Origin: Longimicrobiales bacterium
Lineage (GTDB): Bacteria > Gemmatimonadota > Gemmatimonadetes > Longimicrobiales > Gaopeijiaceae
Direction: 5' to 3'
DNA length: 64,000 bases
Assembly: GCA_965238005.1 (NCBI GenBank)
Contig: OZ250165.1
Location: 3,360,001-3,424,000, forward strand
Position 1 is the first letter of the stretch. The number at the start of each line of letters is the position of its first letter. Under the pieces are notes generated by a model. It saw only the letters and a list, made by a program, of their open reading frames with translations, made no database searches and was not told the origin of the DNA. Of the stretch, positions 19,044 through 28,514 are shown piece by piece. Both the position numbers and the translations under genes were made by a program.

Positions 19044-19424
19044 TCAGGCCGCCTCTTCCTCCTTGAGCTTACACTCGATGCAGTAGCGAGCATGGGGCAG
19101 CGCGTCCAGGCGCTCGAGTCCCACCTCGGCCCCACACGTGTGACACAGTCCGAAGTTCTTGGGATCGTTGTAGAGCCGGCGGAGGGCCTCCTCCAGCCTG
19201 TAGATGTAGCGGCCCTCTTTGGTCGCGAAGAGGGCTGCCTTCTCTCGCTCCATGGCCTCAGTGCCCTGGTCGGCCATGTGATCCGTGTACACCGAGAGAT
19301 CCGAGTCCATGGACTCCCGGTCGAGCTTCGCCATTCTGTCGAAAAGCCCCAGGGCCTTGTGCGCCTTCGCGCGCTCATCCATGAGCCGCTTCTCGATATG
19401 CTTGAGCTGTGTCTTGGTAAGCAT
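19044..19424 (-). CDS. TraR/DksA family C4 zinc-finger protein
   Basis: Coiled-coil tip DHMADQGTE and CHTC...RLDALPHARYCIEC. Confidence 0.9.
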   Translation of the reverse strand: MLTKTQLKHIEKRLMDERAKAHKALGLFDRMAKLDRESMDSDLSVYTDHMADQGTEAMEREKAALFATKEGRYIYRLEEALRRLYNDPKNFGLCHTCGAEVGLERLDALPHARYCIECKLKEEEAA

Positions 19425-19595
19425 CTTGGTTATGCCTCGTTCAGGGACGGCGAGTCGTCCGACCGGCTGTAAGGAAGAAAAATTAACCGAATCGGAAATG
19501 GCCGTCTACTCTGACGTAATCTGGAGGGTGCCCCCCGCAGGGAGCCCCTTTGACGGGCCACGCGGATCGCATCCGCAGCGCCGAAGAGGTGGTTC

Positions 19596-20591
19596 CTACC
19601 AACGAATCAGGGCGCTCCCCCAGGTCAAGCCGGATCCGAAAGCGGTCAGCGCGAGCAGGTCGCCACGCCCGAGCAAACCCTGGTCTACCACCTCAGCCAG
19701 AGCGATGGGAATCGTCGCGGCCGTCGTGTTTCCGTAGCGCTCGATGTTGTTGTAGACTCGGTCCTCCGGGAGCCCGAGCCGGCGTCTCACCATCTCGGAG
19801 ATCCGGAGGTTCGCTTGATGGGGGATGAGGAGGTCGATGTCCTCCGTGGTGAGCCCGTTGGCCGCGAGCGCCTCTTCGACCACCTCGGGCATCCTCCTGA
19901 CGGCATGCTTGAAGACCTCTCTCCCCACCATGGTGGGGTGGTGCCGACCCGCCTCCAGGTCCTCCGCCGTGATCCGGGGATGGCGTGCGCTGGACGCGGC
20001 GTCGCACCAAAGGATCTCCGCGTGACGGCCGTCGGCGTGGAGATGCGTGGAGAGCACGCCTCGGTCCTCATTCTCCGCGGCGCCGAGAACGACGGCTCCA
20101 GCGCCGTCACCGAAGAGAACGGCCATGTCCCGTCCACGAGTCGTGACGTCGATCCCCGTGGATTGGATCTCCACGCCGACCAGGAGGATCGTACTGTACT
20201 GCCCGCTCTTGATCCAAGCGTCCGCCACGGACAAGCCGTACAGGAAGCCGGTGCACTGGTCCCGAACGTCCAGAGCCGGAACACCGGCAAGGCCCAGCTC
20301 CCTCTGGAGGAAGACGCCCGTGCCGGGGAAGAAATGATCGGGACTGATGGTGGCCAGGATGATGGCGTCTACATCGGCGGGCTCCATGCCCGCCTCCTCG
20401 AGGGCATCGGTGCTGGCGCTCAGGGCCATCCCGGCCCCTGTCTCACCCTCCGAGACCCAGCGCCGCTCCCTGATCCCCGTCCGCTCTGTGATCCACTCGT
20501 CGGAGGTGTCCATGCGCTCCGACAGATCTTGATTGGAGACCACCCGTTCCGGCACGTAGTAGCCGGTTCCCAGGAACGCTGTCGTGGGCAA
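19596..20591 (-). CDS. fabH: 3-oxoacyl-ACP synthase III
   Basis: TSDEWITERTGIRERR, QCTGF (catalytic Cys), LFGDGAGA, PHQAN and YGNT. TTG start after AAGGAGG. Confidence 0.9.
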   Translation of the reverse strand: MPTTAFLGTGYYVPERVVSNQDLSERMDTSDEWITERTGIRERRWVSEGETGAGMALSASTDALEEAGMEPADVDAIILATISPDHFFPGTGVFLQRELGLAGVPALDVRDQCTGFLYGLSVADAWIKSGQYSTILLVGVEIQSTGIDVTTRGRDMAVLFGDGAGAVVLGAAENEDRGVLSTHLHADGRHAEILWCDAASSARHPRITAEDLEAGRHHPTMVGREVFKHAVRRMPEVVEEALAANGLTTEDIDLLIPHQANLRISEMVRRRLGLPEDRVYNNIERYGNTTAATIPIALAEVVDQGLLGRGDLLALTAFGSGLTWGSALIRW

Positions 20592-20730
20592 AACGCCCTC
20601 CTTGCTCAGATCGGACTCTCCCCGGCCGGACCCCACCAGGCTGGATCCCTCTCCGCCTCCGTGGGTAGTCGAGGTCTCGTCACGATCAGGGGCGCCGAAT
20701 CCTGTGTCAATCGGAGGGGCCGAAGCCACT

Positions 20731-21009
20731 GTGGAAACCATCGACTGCCGACGTTGTGGGCCGGACAAGGCCAAGCTGGCGAGGGCGCCGTTTCGCACCG
20801 ACCTGGGAGAGCGCATCCAGGAGCAGATCTGTTCCAATTGCTGGGCCGACTGGCTGCAGCATCAGACTCTTCTGATCAACCATTACGGTCTGGATCCGCG
20901 GGAGACCAAGGCCAAGGACTTCCTTTACGCCCAGATCGAGAACGTGCTCCTGGGCGACGGCGACGCGGAACAGGTCGACACGAGCAAGGAGGGCTCAATC
21001 GAGTGGTGA
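20731..21009 (+). CDS. YggX-like Fe(II)-trafficking / oxidative damage protection protein
   Basis: APFRTDLGERIQEQIC..CWADWLQHQTLLINHYGL matches the family pattern. Confidence 0.82.
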   Translation: METIDCRRCGPDKAKLARAPFRTDLGERIQEQICSNCWADWLQHQTLLINHYGLDPRETKAKDFLYAQIENVLLGDGDAEQVDTSKEGSIEW

Positions 21010-21132
21010 GACGGTGGATCCCGACCTAGTCTGGGCGATGGCGGGAGGATAATGGAGGATTACGGGCGGTTGACTCCGACGCCTGGGGGACCTAGACCGC
21101 ACCCCATTACTCGGACAGGCTCCTAGACTAGT

Positions 21133-22824
21133 CTAGGACCCGGCGAGCACTTGCGACCGGCAGGCCTCATCCCAGTCGAGCCGGACCAGCATCCCCCCTC
21201 CCCATGACGCCAGAAGCTCCACCGAACCCGGGCAGCGCGCGTCCAGCTCGTCCAGTGCCTCCTTGTGAATCCGGCCGGCATTCTCCAGCAGCACGTACTC
21301 GATCCCGGCCGCGTTCCAGACCTCGAACTGCTCCCGGTTGGTCCCCCAGGTAGGCCCTTCTCCCGCGGGATGAAACCGGGCGCTGGGCGCGACGGTGCGC
21401 CCGGTGTGCAACGCCAGTCCGGCCCAGAGCTCCGGAGCACCCACCACGCCATCCTGCGGGACGCGCTCCTCCACGGCGAAGACTGCCCGCGCGAGCATGC
21501 GGGAGCGCACGTCGAACGCCTCGAGGTGACGGTCCGCCCTCAGATGCAGAAGGCTCACCCCTCCCAGCCAAACGATCCAGCAGAGGCCGAGGATACCCAG
21601 GGCGGCGCTACGAACCGGGAAGCCTCCAACGTCCGCCACGGCCCCCTCGACACCGTCGACACCGTCACCCGAGGCGGGTGACGCACCCCGCCTCACGAGG
21701 GCCCTGATCGCCGCTCCGAGCTCTCTCTGGAATCCACAGATCAGAATCAGGCCCAGAAGTGGTGCCACCGGCATGATCAGACGGCGCTCCTGGTAGGGCC
21801 ACATCCAGAGCAGGCCCACCATCAGGCCGGCCGTCAGGACCGGCGTCCAGGACTCTCTGGACAGTCGGTAGAGACCAATTCCTCCGACACCGGCGACTCC
21901 GAGCGTCAACATCATGCCCCAGAGGCCGCCGACACCGGGGCCGACACCGGGAAAAAGGACACCCGCGATTCGCGACGCCAGGGCCACGGCGCTGGACGCC
22001 ATCCCTGCCAGGAACCCCCCACCTTCGCCACTCGCCTGTCTGGTCAGCCACCCCCCGTATGGGCCCAGCGTATCTCTGAGAGGTGCGGGAATGGCCGTCG
22101 CCGCGCGACTCGACCAGACGAGCCAGGGAGCTACGACGACGAAGACGCCAATAGCGGTCCAAACGGCCCAGCGTATCTGCCGCCGAAGAAGGAGCGCCAC
22201 GGGCACGGCCGCTCCCAACACGACGCCCATGGTTCGCACGTGATAGGCGACGGCCAAGGCCAGGATGAAGGTCGCGAGAGCTCGTCCCGTGGGCTTCCGC
22301 TCCAGGCGCGATCCCGCCCACAGAGCCAGAACGAGCACGAGTAGGAAGAGCGGCTCCGAGAGAGGCACCAGAGAGAGACGCCATACGTCGGGCATGAGCC
22401 ACAGGAATCCGGTGGTGGCTACGGAGCTCCTCCACGAGAAGCCCAGGTAGCGTAGGTAGGACACGAACAACCCGCCACCCACGACGACGAAGAGGAGATT
22501 CACGAACGCCGCGAGGGACCCCTGCGCGACAGCCGTGGGCGCCAGCCTCCAGAGCACCGCGAGAACCAGAGGATAGACCGGAGGAAACTTGGCGCCCGGC
22601 GGCGAGCCAGCGACCTGGGAGTAGCGAAGCCCCTCGCCCTCGGCCAGAGACTGGCCCAGGAGCAGATACGCACCGTCGTCGTGCCAGACTCCCGGCGGGA
22701 CCGCCTCCCAGGCCACGACCCCCACCACGCCAAGCGCAACGGCGGTGAGAGTGGCGACGGAAAAGCCCGGTGCCCCCCCTGTCGGGGCGGCACCGGGCTC
22801 CTCGCTTGCCCTCGAGGCGGGCAT
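21133..22824 (-). CDS. Polytopic membrane protein, GT-C fold glycosyltransferase-like
   Basis: First-loop HDDGAYLLLGQSL...KFPPVYP, SEPLF and about 11 TM segments. Confidence 0.65.
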   Translation of the reverse strand: MPASRASEEPGAAPTGGAPGFSVATLTAVALGVVGVVAWEAVPPGVWHDDGAYLLLGQSLAEGEGLRYSQVAGSPPGAKFPPVYPLVLAVLWRLAPTAVAQGSLAAFVNLLFVVVGGGLFVSYLRYLGFSWRSSVATTGFLWLMPDVWRLSLVPLSEPLFLLVLVLALWAGSRLERKPTGRALATFILALAVAYHVRTMGVVLGAAVPVALLLRRQIRWAVWTAIGVFVVVAPWLVWSSRAATAIPAPLRDTLGPYGGWLTRQASGEGGGFLAGMASSAVALASRIAGVLFPGVGPGVGGLWGMMLTLGVAGVGGIGLYRLSRESWTPVLTAGLMVGLLWMWPYQERRLIMPVAPLLGLILICGFQRELGAAIRALVRRGASPASGDGVDGVEGAVADVGGFPVRSAALGILGLCWIVWLGGVSLLHLRADRHLEAFDVRSRMLARAVFAVEERVPQDGVVGAPELWAGLALHTGRTVAPSARFHPAGEGPTWGTNREQFEVWNAAGIEYVLLENAGRIHKEALDELDARCPGSVELLASWGGGMLVRLDWDEACRSQVLAGS

Positions 22825-22838
22825 GTTCGTCGCGCGAC

Positions 22839-24056
22839 TCAGCCCGTGAGGACGGCGTTGATATCCACCAGGGCCTCTTCCAGCGTGGACTTCTCGATGG
22901 TCAGCGGAGGCGCGAAGCGGATGACCTGGTGGTGGGTCTCCTTGGCCAGGATTCCCTTCTCCTGCAAGGCCTCGCAGTACGGCCGGGCCGTCCCGGACGA
23001 CTCCTTGATGACAACACCGACCATGAGCCCGCGGCCGCGCACTTCCTCGACGTGCGGTGAGTCGATGGCGCGGAGCTCATCCATGAACCAGCTGCCCAAC
23101 GCGTCGGAGCGCTGCGACAGATTCTCCTCGAGAATCACGCGGAGCGAAGCCCGCCCCACGGCCGCACCCAGAGGATTGCCGCCGAAGGTCGAGCCGTGAT
23201 CACCGGGCCGGTAGAGATCCATGAACTCCGAGTCGGCGATGGCTGCAGACACCGGGTAAACGCCACCGCCCAGAGCCTTGCCGACGATGAGCACGTCGGG
23301 CCGGACGTCCTCCCAGTCGCAGCAGAAGAGACGACCGGTGCGACCGAGTCCGGTCTGGATCTCGTCGGCCACGAAGGCGATTCCGCGCTCGCGGCAGATC
23401 TCGGCCGTCCGGCTCAGATAACCTTCCGGAGGTACGACGACTCCGCCCTCGCCCTGCAGAGGCTCCATGAGGAAGCCGACCGTATTCTCGGTGATGGCGG
23501 CCTCGAAGGCTTCCACGTCGCCGTACGGCACCATCACGAACCCCGGCGTGAAGGGCCCGAAGCCCTCCTTGTATTGATCCTCGGAGGAGAACCCGACGAT
23601 GGTCGTCGTCCGCCCGTGGAAGTTGTTCTCGCAGACGATGATCTCGGCCTGTCCTTCGGGCACGCCCTTCACCTGGTAGCCCCACTTCCGCACGGTCTTG
23701 ATGGCCGTCTCCACGGCCTCGGCCCCCGTGTTCATGGGAAGGGCCTTGTCGAATCCGCTGGCCTCGCAGAGCTCCCGGAGGAAGGGACCCATCTGGTCGT
23801 TGTGGAACGCCCGCGACGTCAAGGTCAGCTTGGCCATCTGCTCTTCGGCGGCTCGCATGATCTCTGGATGGCGGTGTCCCTGATTCAGTGCCGAATAGGC
23901 GGCGAGCATGTCGAGATATCGGTTGCCATCAACGTCCCAAACCCAGACGCCCTCTCCTCGGTCCAGCACCACCGGGAGCGGCTCGTAGTTGTGGGCGCTG
24001 AACTGGTCAGCCTCACTCAGATACTGGTCGGTTTTCGATGCACTTGCTTGAATCAT
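22839..24056 (-). CDS. rocD: Ornithine--oxo-acid aminotransferase
   Basis: AHNYEPLPVV, AYSALNQGH, LTLTSRAFH, MNTGAEAVETAIK, ADEIQTGLGRTG, GKALGGG and HGSTFGGNPL motifs. Confidence 0.95.
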   Translation of the reverse strand: MIQASASKTDQYLSEADQFSAHNYEPLPVVLDRGEGVWVWDVDGNRYLDMLAAYSALNQGHRHPEIMRAAEEQMAKLTLTSRAFHNDQMGPFLRELCEASGFDKALPMNTGAEAVETAIKTVRKWGYQVKGVPEGQAEIIVCENNFHGRTTTIVGFSSEDQYKEGFGPFTPGFVMVPYGDVEAFEAAITENTVGFLMEPLQGEGGVVVPPEGYLSRTAEICRERGIAFVADEIQTGLGRTGRLFCCDWEDVRPDVLIVGKALGGGVYPVSAAIADSEFMDLYRPGDHGSTFGGNPLGAAVGRASLRVILEENLSQRSDALGSWFMDELRAIDSPHVEEVRGRGLMVGVVIKESSGTARPYCEALQEKGILAKETHHQVIRFAPPLTIEKSTLEEALVDINAVLTG

Positions 24057-24104
24057 GAGACACTCACATGACGTCGTTCGGCGACGCCGTTCGGGGATGA
24101 GACA

Positions 24105-24383
24105 CTAGTGTGGTGTTACAGAAGTGTCTCGGCCATTGATCTCGCTGCGCTCGATCGTCTCGCGGTCAACTCGGCGCTCACGACGAGCATGAAGGTCGCT
24201 CGGCTCGAGCACCGATGCATCCGGCCCTGCGGCGTTCCTCCTCCTCGGACCACGGCGTTCGGCCGCGGTGCCCGCGTTGCTATTCCTCGTCGTCGCGCCT
24301 GACCCACGCATCCGGCGCGGGTACCCCGGATCCGGCGCCTCGGCACTCTCGGTGGCTCGCGAACTTCTGGGACACCACACTAG
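24105..24383. mobile_element. 279-bp MITE-like element B, CTAG...CTAG, with 21-bp terminal inverted repeats (19/21)
   Basis: CTAGTGTGGTGTTACAGAAGT ... ACTTCTGGGACACCACACTAG. It shares internal blocks with elements A, C, D and E. Confidence 0.75.
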
Positions 24384-24401
24384 CAGGTACGAACACGCTG
24401 G

Positions 24402-24439
24402 AATTATAATAATAGCATTAATGCTAATAATAATACTAC
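24402..24439. promoter_or_regulatory. AT-rich tract with perfect 14-bp palindrome TAGCATTAATGCTA (24413-24426); putative promoter/operator for rocD
   Basis: A nearly pure A/T stretch in GC-rich DNA, upstream of rocD. Confidence 0.4.
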
Positions 24440-24476
24440 ACTTGAGAGCGCATAATGTGCCCTCCCCAAGAAACAT

Positions 24477-25439
24477 TCAAGAGCCGCGCAATGGGTACGC
24501 GACCGGAGCCAGCTCTCCTTCGTTCACCTCGAGTCGAAAGACGTCGGGCCGGGCGTAGTGCCCCACGACGTCGAAGTCGAACTTCCCGCGGACCACGGCC
24601 CCCATGTCGAGCTCGGCCGTGAGGATCCCTTCGGCATCGAAGAGGGGACCGGCAAGGCAGTCTCCGGCCGGGTCGTAGATGGCACTGCCACCGGGGCACA
24701 GGGTCTCGGGCCAGGACTCGAGCTCCCCAGCGATCTCCAGGTCGTCGGGGTACATGTCGCGGGTCACGTACTGGTTACACCCCAACACGAAGCAGCGCCC
24801 CTCCAGGGCGATGTGCTGCAGTGTGCCCTGCCATCGGCCCCGGTAGTCGGCGGTGGGTGCGAGGTAGATCTCCACCCCCTTCCCGTACATGGCCATGCGG
24901 GCGAGGGGCATGTAGTTCTCCCAGCAGATGAGGCCACCCACACGGCCGAATGGAGCCTGGACCGTCGTGAGCGTGCTCCCGTCTCCCTCGCCCCAGATCA
25001 GGCGCTCCGCCCCCGTGGGCTTGAGCTTTCGGTGCTTGCCCAGAAGCGAGCCGTCGGCGCCGAAGTACAGGAGTGTGCAGAAAAGGGTGCCTCCGCTGTA
25101 GGTGGAGTCGCGCTCCACGACGCCCACGGCCAGGTATACGCCCGCCTCACGGGCCGCCTCACCCATGCGCTCGGTGGCCGGCCCCGGCACCTCGACTGCA
25201 GTGTCCCAGTAGCACTGCCAGACGCGCCGGCCGGCGTCGCTCCGGCCCCCCACTGCGGTGCCGAAGGCCAGGCCCCAGGGATAGCCGCCGACGTACGCCT
25301 CGGGAAAGACGACCAGTCCTGCGCCGTCGGCCGCGGCCTGGGCCGTCAGGTCGGCGACCTTCTCGGTGGCCCCCTCCCGGTCGAAGAAGGTGGGGGATGC
25401 CTGCACGACGGCGGCCGTCACGGTGCGATTGTCGCTCAC
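24477..25439 (-). CDS. Nitrilase family carbon-nitrogen hydrolase
   Basis: Catalytic E-K-C triad in VFPEA, KHRKLKPT and GGLICWENYMPLAR. GTG start at 25439 after GGAGAG. Confidence 0.92.
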   Translation of the reverse strand: MSDNRTVTAAVVQASPTFFDREGATEKVADLTAQAAADGAGLVVFPEAYVGGYPWGLAFGTAVGGRSDAGRRVWQCYWDTAVEVPGPATERMGEAAREAGVYLAVGVVERDSTYSGGTLFCTLLYFGADGSLLGKHRKLKPTGAERLIWGEGDGSTLTTVQAPFGRVGGLICWENYMPLARMAMYGKGVEIYLAPTADYRGRWQGTLQHIALEGRCFVLGCNQYVTRDMYPDDLEIAGELESWPETLCPGGSAIYDPAGDCLAGPLFDAEGILTAELDMGAVVRGKFDFDVVGHYARPDVFRLEVNEGELAPVAYPLRGS

Positions 25440-25447
25440 GGTTCTCT

Positions 25448-25481
25448 CCGGTGTTCCGTTGCCAAAGCGACGGGACACTAA
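25448..25481. repeat. Collapsed remnant of the element C/D family (two TIR ends joined into a hairpin)
   Basis: ccGGTGTTCCGTTGC-CAAA-GCGACGGGACACTAa matches both ends of element C. Confidence 0.65.
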
Positions 25482-25482
25482 C

Positions 25483-26424
25483 TCAGCGGCTACGGTAAAC
25501 GAACTCTGCCACTACGTCCCCCACCATGAACAACGTCTGCGCGCTCGTGTTTTCCGGGGTGTCGTCGGGCGTGTGCCAAAGGCCGTTCCTCGACCCGTAG
25601 TCGAAGTCGATGACGTCGATGGTGGGGATTCCGGCGTCGTTGAGCTTCAGATGGTCGTCGACGACCCGGGCCGTCTCGTCCAACGGGAAGTAGCGCCGAT
25701 AGCCCAGGTCCGCAGCGATTCCCCAGACCCGCTGAACGAGCTGCGGCGCAGCCTCGAGGGAGTAGGCCTCCACGGGAAATCGGGGGTCGGCATCGCCCAC
25801 CAGGTCCAGAAGTACGGCGAAGTCCGGGGGGTTGTCTGAGCCCCTTCCCGTAGCGTAGTGGGCGGCCCCGAGGAACATGTCGGCCGTTGTGGGCCCGTAG
25901 TCCTCGCCGTCGCTGAAGAGAAGATCCACGCCCCCGGGCGGAGCCTGCTCGGCGAACATCCGCGCCAGCTCGAGGAGCACGGCCGTGCCTGACGCCCCGT
26001 CGTTGGCACCGGGCACCGGCTTCTCCCGATCCTCGTCGTCTCGGCTCTGGTCCGCCTTCGGCCGCGTGTCCCAGTGCGTGAGGAGGAGGAGGCGTCGATC
26101 GCTGTCGAGGCCGAAACGCGCGATGACGTTCGTGAGGCTCAGGGAGTCTCCGTCGCGGGTGACGTGCTCGAACTCGTCGAGGAACACCGTGTCGGCGAGC
26201 TCGCTGAGCTGCTCCACCATCCAGGCGAGTTGGCGGGCGTGGCCCTCCATCCCCGGCACACGCGGGCCGAAGGCCACCTGCGCCAGCAGGTCCTGAAAGG
26301 CCCGGGTGGCGTCGAAGGCCGGGCGGTCCACCCTGACCGAGATGGTCCTCTCCTCGGAATCCCCACCTCCGCACCCTACCACCAGAAGCTGTAGAGCCAT
26401 CATCAGCGACCATCGCTTCGTCAC
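25483..26424 (-). CDS. M28 family peptidase / glutaminyl-cyclase-like lipoprotein
   Basis: Lipobox VVGC, then FGPRVPG, HWDTRP, GANDGASG, DGEDYG, LLDLVG, DDH and WHTPDD motifs. Confidence 0.88.
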   Translation of the reverse strand: MTKRWSLMMALQLLVVGCGGGDSEERTISVRVDRPAFDATRAFQDLLAQVAFGPRVPGMEGHARQLAWMVEQLSELADTVFLDEFEHVTRDGDSLSLTNVIARFGLDSDRRLLLLTHWDTRPKADQSRDDEDREKPVPGANDGASGTAVLLELARMFAEQAPPGGVDLLFSDGEDYGPTTADMFLGAAHYATGRGSDNPPDFAVLLDLVGDADPRFPVEAYSLEAAPQLVQRVWGIAADLGYRRYFPLDETARVVDDHLKLNDAGIPTIDVIDFDYGSRNGLWHTPDDTPENTSAQTLFMVGDVVAEFVYRSR

Positions 26425-26506
26425 TTCGTCCTCGCGGTAGAATGTCTCGGCGGCATGGGGCGCTGGTGTCGCCGGGCGTCTGAGCCGGTGGGCGGGTAGC
26501 GGGACA

Positions 26507-26599
26507 CTGGTGTTCCGTTGCCGAAGTTCTCGAGCCACCAAGAAGGTCGGATGCACCGTGCCCTCGACCGGCCGAGACACTTTGGTAACGGAACACTAG
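26507..26599. mobile_element. 93-bp MITE-like element D, a near-copy of element C
   Basis: CTGGTGTTCCGTTGCCGAAGT...CGGATGCACCGTG...GGCCGAGACACTTTGGTAACGGAACACTAG. Confidence 0.72.
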
Positions 26600-26684
26600 A
26601 ACCCCTGGGCGGTCCCGGGGTTTCTTCCGGGTCGGGGCCCGCGTATCCTCCCGATCATCCCTGGACTCCTTCCTGGAGCCGTTC

Positions 26685-27011
26685 ATGAATAGACCCCCGC
26701 CCCTCGATGTGCTCGAGCAGGCGAGTGAGTGGAAGGCGCAGGGCTTGGGCGTGGCCCTGGCGACGGTGGTTCGAACGTGGGGCTCGGCTCCGCGACAGCC
26801 GGGCAGTCAGATGTGCATCAACGAGCACGGGCACTTCGTGGGCTCGGTGTCGGGCGGATGCGTCGAGGGCGCCGTAATCCAGGAGGCCCAGGAGCTCATG
26901 GTCCATGGGGGCACCAAGCTCCTGCAGTTCGGCGTGACTGACGAGCAAGCGTGGGAGGTGGGCCTGGCCTGCGGTGGCGAGGTGGAGATCTACGTCGAGA
27001 GAGTGGAGTGA
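26685..27011 (+). CDS. XdhC/CoxI family protein, N-terminal module
   Basis: ALATVVRTWGSAPRQPGS, GSVSGGCVEG and VGLACGG motifs. Confidence 0.9.
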   Translation: MNRPPPLDVLEQASEWKAQGLGVALATVVRTWGSAPRQPGSQMCINEHGHFVGSVSGGCVEGAVIQEAQELMVHGGTKLLQFGVTDEQAWEVGLACGGEVEIYVERVE

Positions 27012-27772
27012 AGGCCGAGCTCCTGAGCCGACTGGTCGAGGACCGGCGCAATGAGCGAGCCGTGGTCCTCGCCACGAACCTGGACACCGGGGAGCAGCTG
27101 CTCCTCTACCCGTTGGAGGCCGACTCGCAGGTCGGTGATCCCCGAGCCTCGGAGGAGGCCGAGCACGCCGAAGCAGGCCCCGCGGAAGACGGCACCGAAG
27201 GCTTCGGCCCCGCCCTACACCGGGCGGCCCGCAGTGCACTCCTGAACGACCGCTCCCAGCCGGTGGACGGACCCGGCGGCCCCTTCTTCCTGCAGGTGCA
27301 CAATCCACCTCACCGCATGGTAGTGGTGGGCGCGGTACACATCGCCCAGCCGTTGGCCCAGATGGCGAGGCACGCCGGCTTCTCCGTCTCGCTCGTGGAT
27401 CCCCGCGAGGCCTTCAACACGGAAGCTCGCTTCCCGGGCGTCGACCGTCTCCTCTCGTGGCCGGATACTGCCCTGGCGAACCTGGAGCTGGACCATCGAA
27501 CTGCCGTGGTGACCCTCACCCACGACCCCAAGCTCGATGACCCCGCGCTGGCGACGGCCCTGGGCGGTCCCGCCTTCTACATCGGAGCCCTCGGCAGCCG
27601 CAAGACACACGGCCGGCGCCTCGAGCGCATGAGGGAGGCCGGGTTCGACGAGGAGGCTCTGTCCAGGATTCGCGGCCCCGTGGGTCTCGACATCGGAGCG
27701 CGGACGCCGGGCGAGATCGCCGCGGCCATTCTGGCCGAGGTCATCGGAGAGCTGCGGCGGGAAGTGACATGA
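27008..27772 (+). CDS. XdhC/CoxF family protein, C-terminal Rossmann module
   Basis: VVGAVHIAQPL, TLTHDPKLDD, YIGALGSRKT and GPVGLDIGA motifs. GTG overlaps the upstream stop. Confidence 0.9.
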   Translation: MKAELLSRLVEDRRNERAVVLATNLDTGEQLLLYPLEADSQVGDPRASEEAEHAEAGPAEDGTEGFGPALHRAARSALLNDRSQPVDGPGGPFFLQVHNPPHRMVVVGAVHIAQPLAQMARHAGFSVSLVDPREAFNTEARFPGVDRLLSWPDTALANLELDHRTAVVTLTHDPKLDDPALATALGGPAFYIGALGSRKTHGRRLERMREAGFDEEALSRIRGPVGLDIGARTPGEIAAAILAEVIGELRREVT

Positions 27773-28422
27773 CCGATGATGCGTTGGAGGCGGCGGATCC
27801 GACCCCGCCCGCCCCCTCCGGCGTGATCTGCGTGGTGCTGGCCGCAGGATCCTCCACCCGCATGGAGGGGCGCAACAAGCTGTTGGAGCGCGTCGACGGC
27901 GCTCCCATGGTGGCGACCGTGGTACGAGCCGCTCTCGCGTCCCGGGCCGATGAGGTCGTCGTGGTCACGGGTGAGGACCGTGAGCGAGTGGAGGCGTGCC
28001 TCTCCGGGCTCCCGATCCACCTCGTGTGGAACCCGGACCACGCCCAAGGCCTCAGCACATCCCTCAAGGCCGGAGTCTCGGCCCTCCCCGGCGGCGCACG
28101 GGCCGTCGTGGTATGCCTGGGAGACATGCCCCTGCTGCGTCCCAGTCACATCGACACCCTGGCCCGGGCCTTTCTCGCAGATCCCGATGGCTCCATCTTC
28201 GTGCCTACATGGCAAGGCCGGAGAGGCAATCCGGTGCTGTGGACCGTGGACCTGCTCCCTGAGATCGGCACCCTCGCGGGTGACGTCGGTGCCAAAGCGC
28301 TCATGTCTCGCCACCCGACCAGGGTGCGCGAGGTCCCGGTGGATGCGCCCGGAATCCTCACCGACGTGGACACACCCGGGGCACTTCGGGAGTTGACCGC
28401 GCCCAATGACGCACGATCCTGA
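27769..28422 (+). CDS. Molybdenum cofactor cytidylyltransferase (MocA-like)
   Basis: VLAAGSSTRM..NKLL, GLSTSL, LGDMP, RGNPVL, GDVGA and DVDTP motifs. Confidence 0.85.
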   Translation: MTDDALEAADPTPPAPSGVICVVLAAGSSTRMEGRNKLLERVDGAPMVATVVRAALASRADEVVVVTGEDRERVEACLSGLPIHLVWNPDHAQGLSTSLKAGVSALPGGARAVVVCLGDMPLLRPSHIDTLARAFLADPDGSIFVPTWQGRRGNPVLWTVDLLPEIGTLAGDVGAKALMSRHPTRVREVPVDAPGILTDVDTPGALRELTAPNDARS

Positions 28423-28474
28423 CGATCATTGAATCCGACGACGACGGCACCCAACCACGACTGACCCCAGCTAA

Positions 28475-28514
28475 TCCGAATGTCCTCCCTCAAGTCCGAA
28501 TGTCCTCCCTCAAG
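28475..28514 (+). repeat. Perfect 20-bp tandem duplication TCCGAATGTCCTCCCTCAAG spanning the coxG-like start
   Basis: 28475-28494 is identical to 28495-28514. Confidence 0.9.

Noticed and set aside
24055..24106. 10-bp direct repeat ATGAGACACT (24055, 24097) as a target-site duplication
   Set aside because: Both copies are on the same side of element B, so they do not flank it.
24105..24476. Small ORFs over element B and the AT-rich tract
   Set aside because: They coincide with the repeat element and low-complexity DNA and have no protein-like features.
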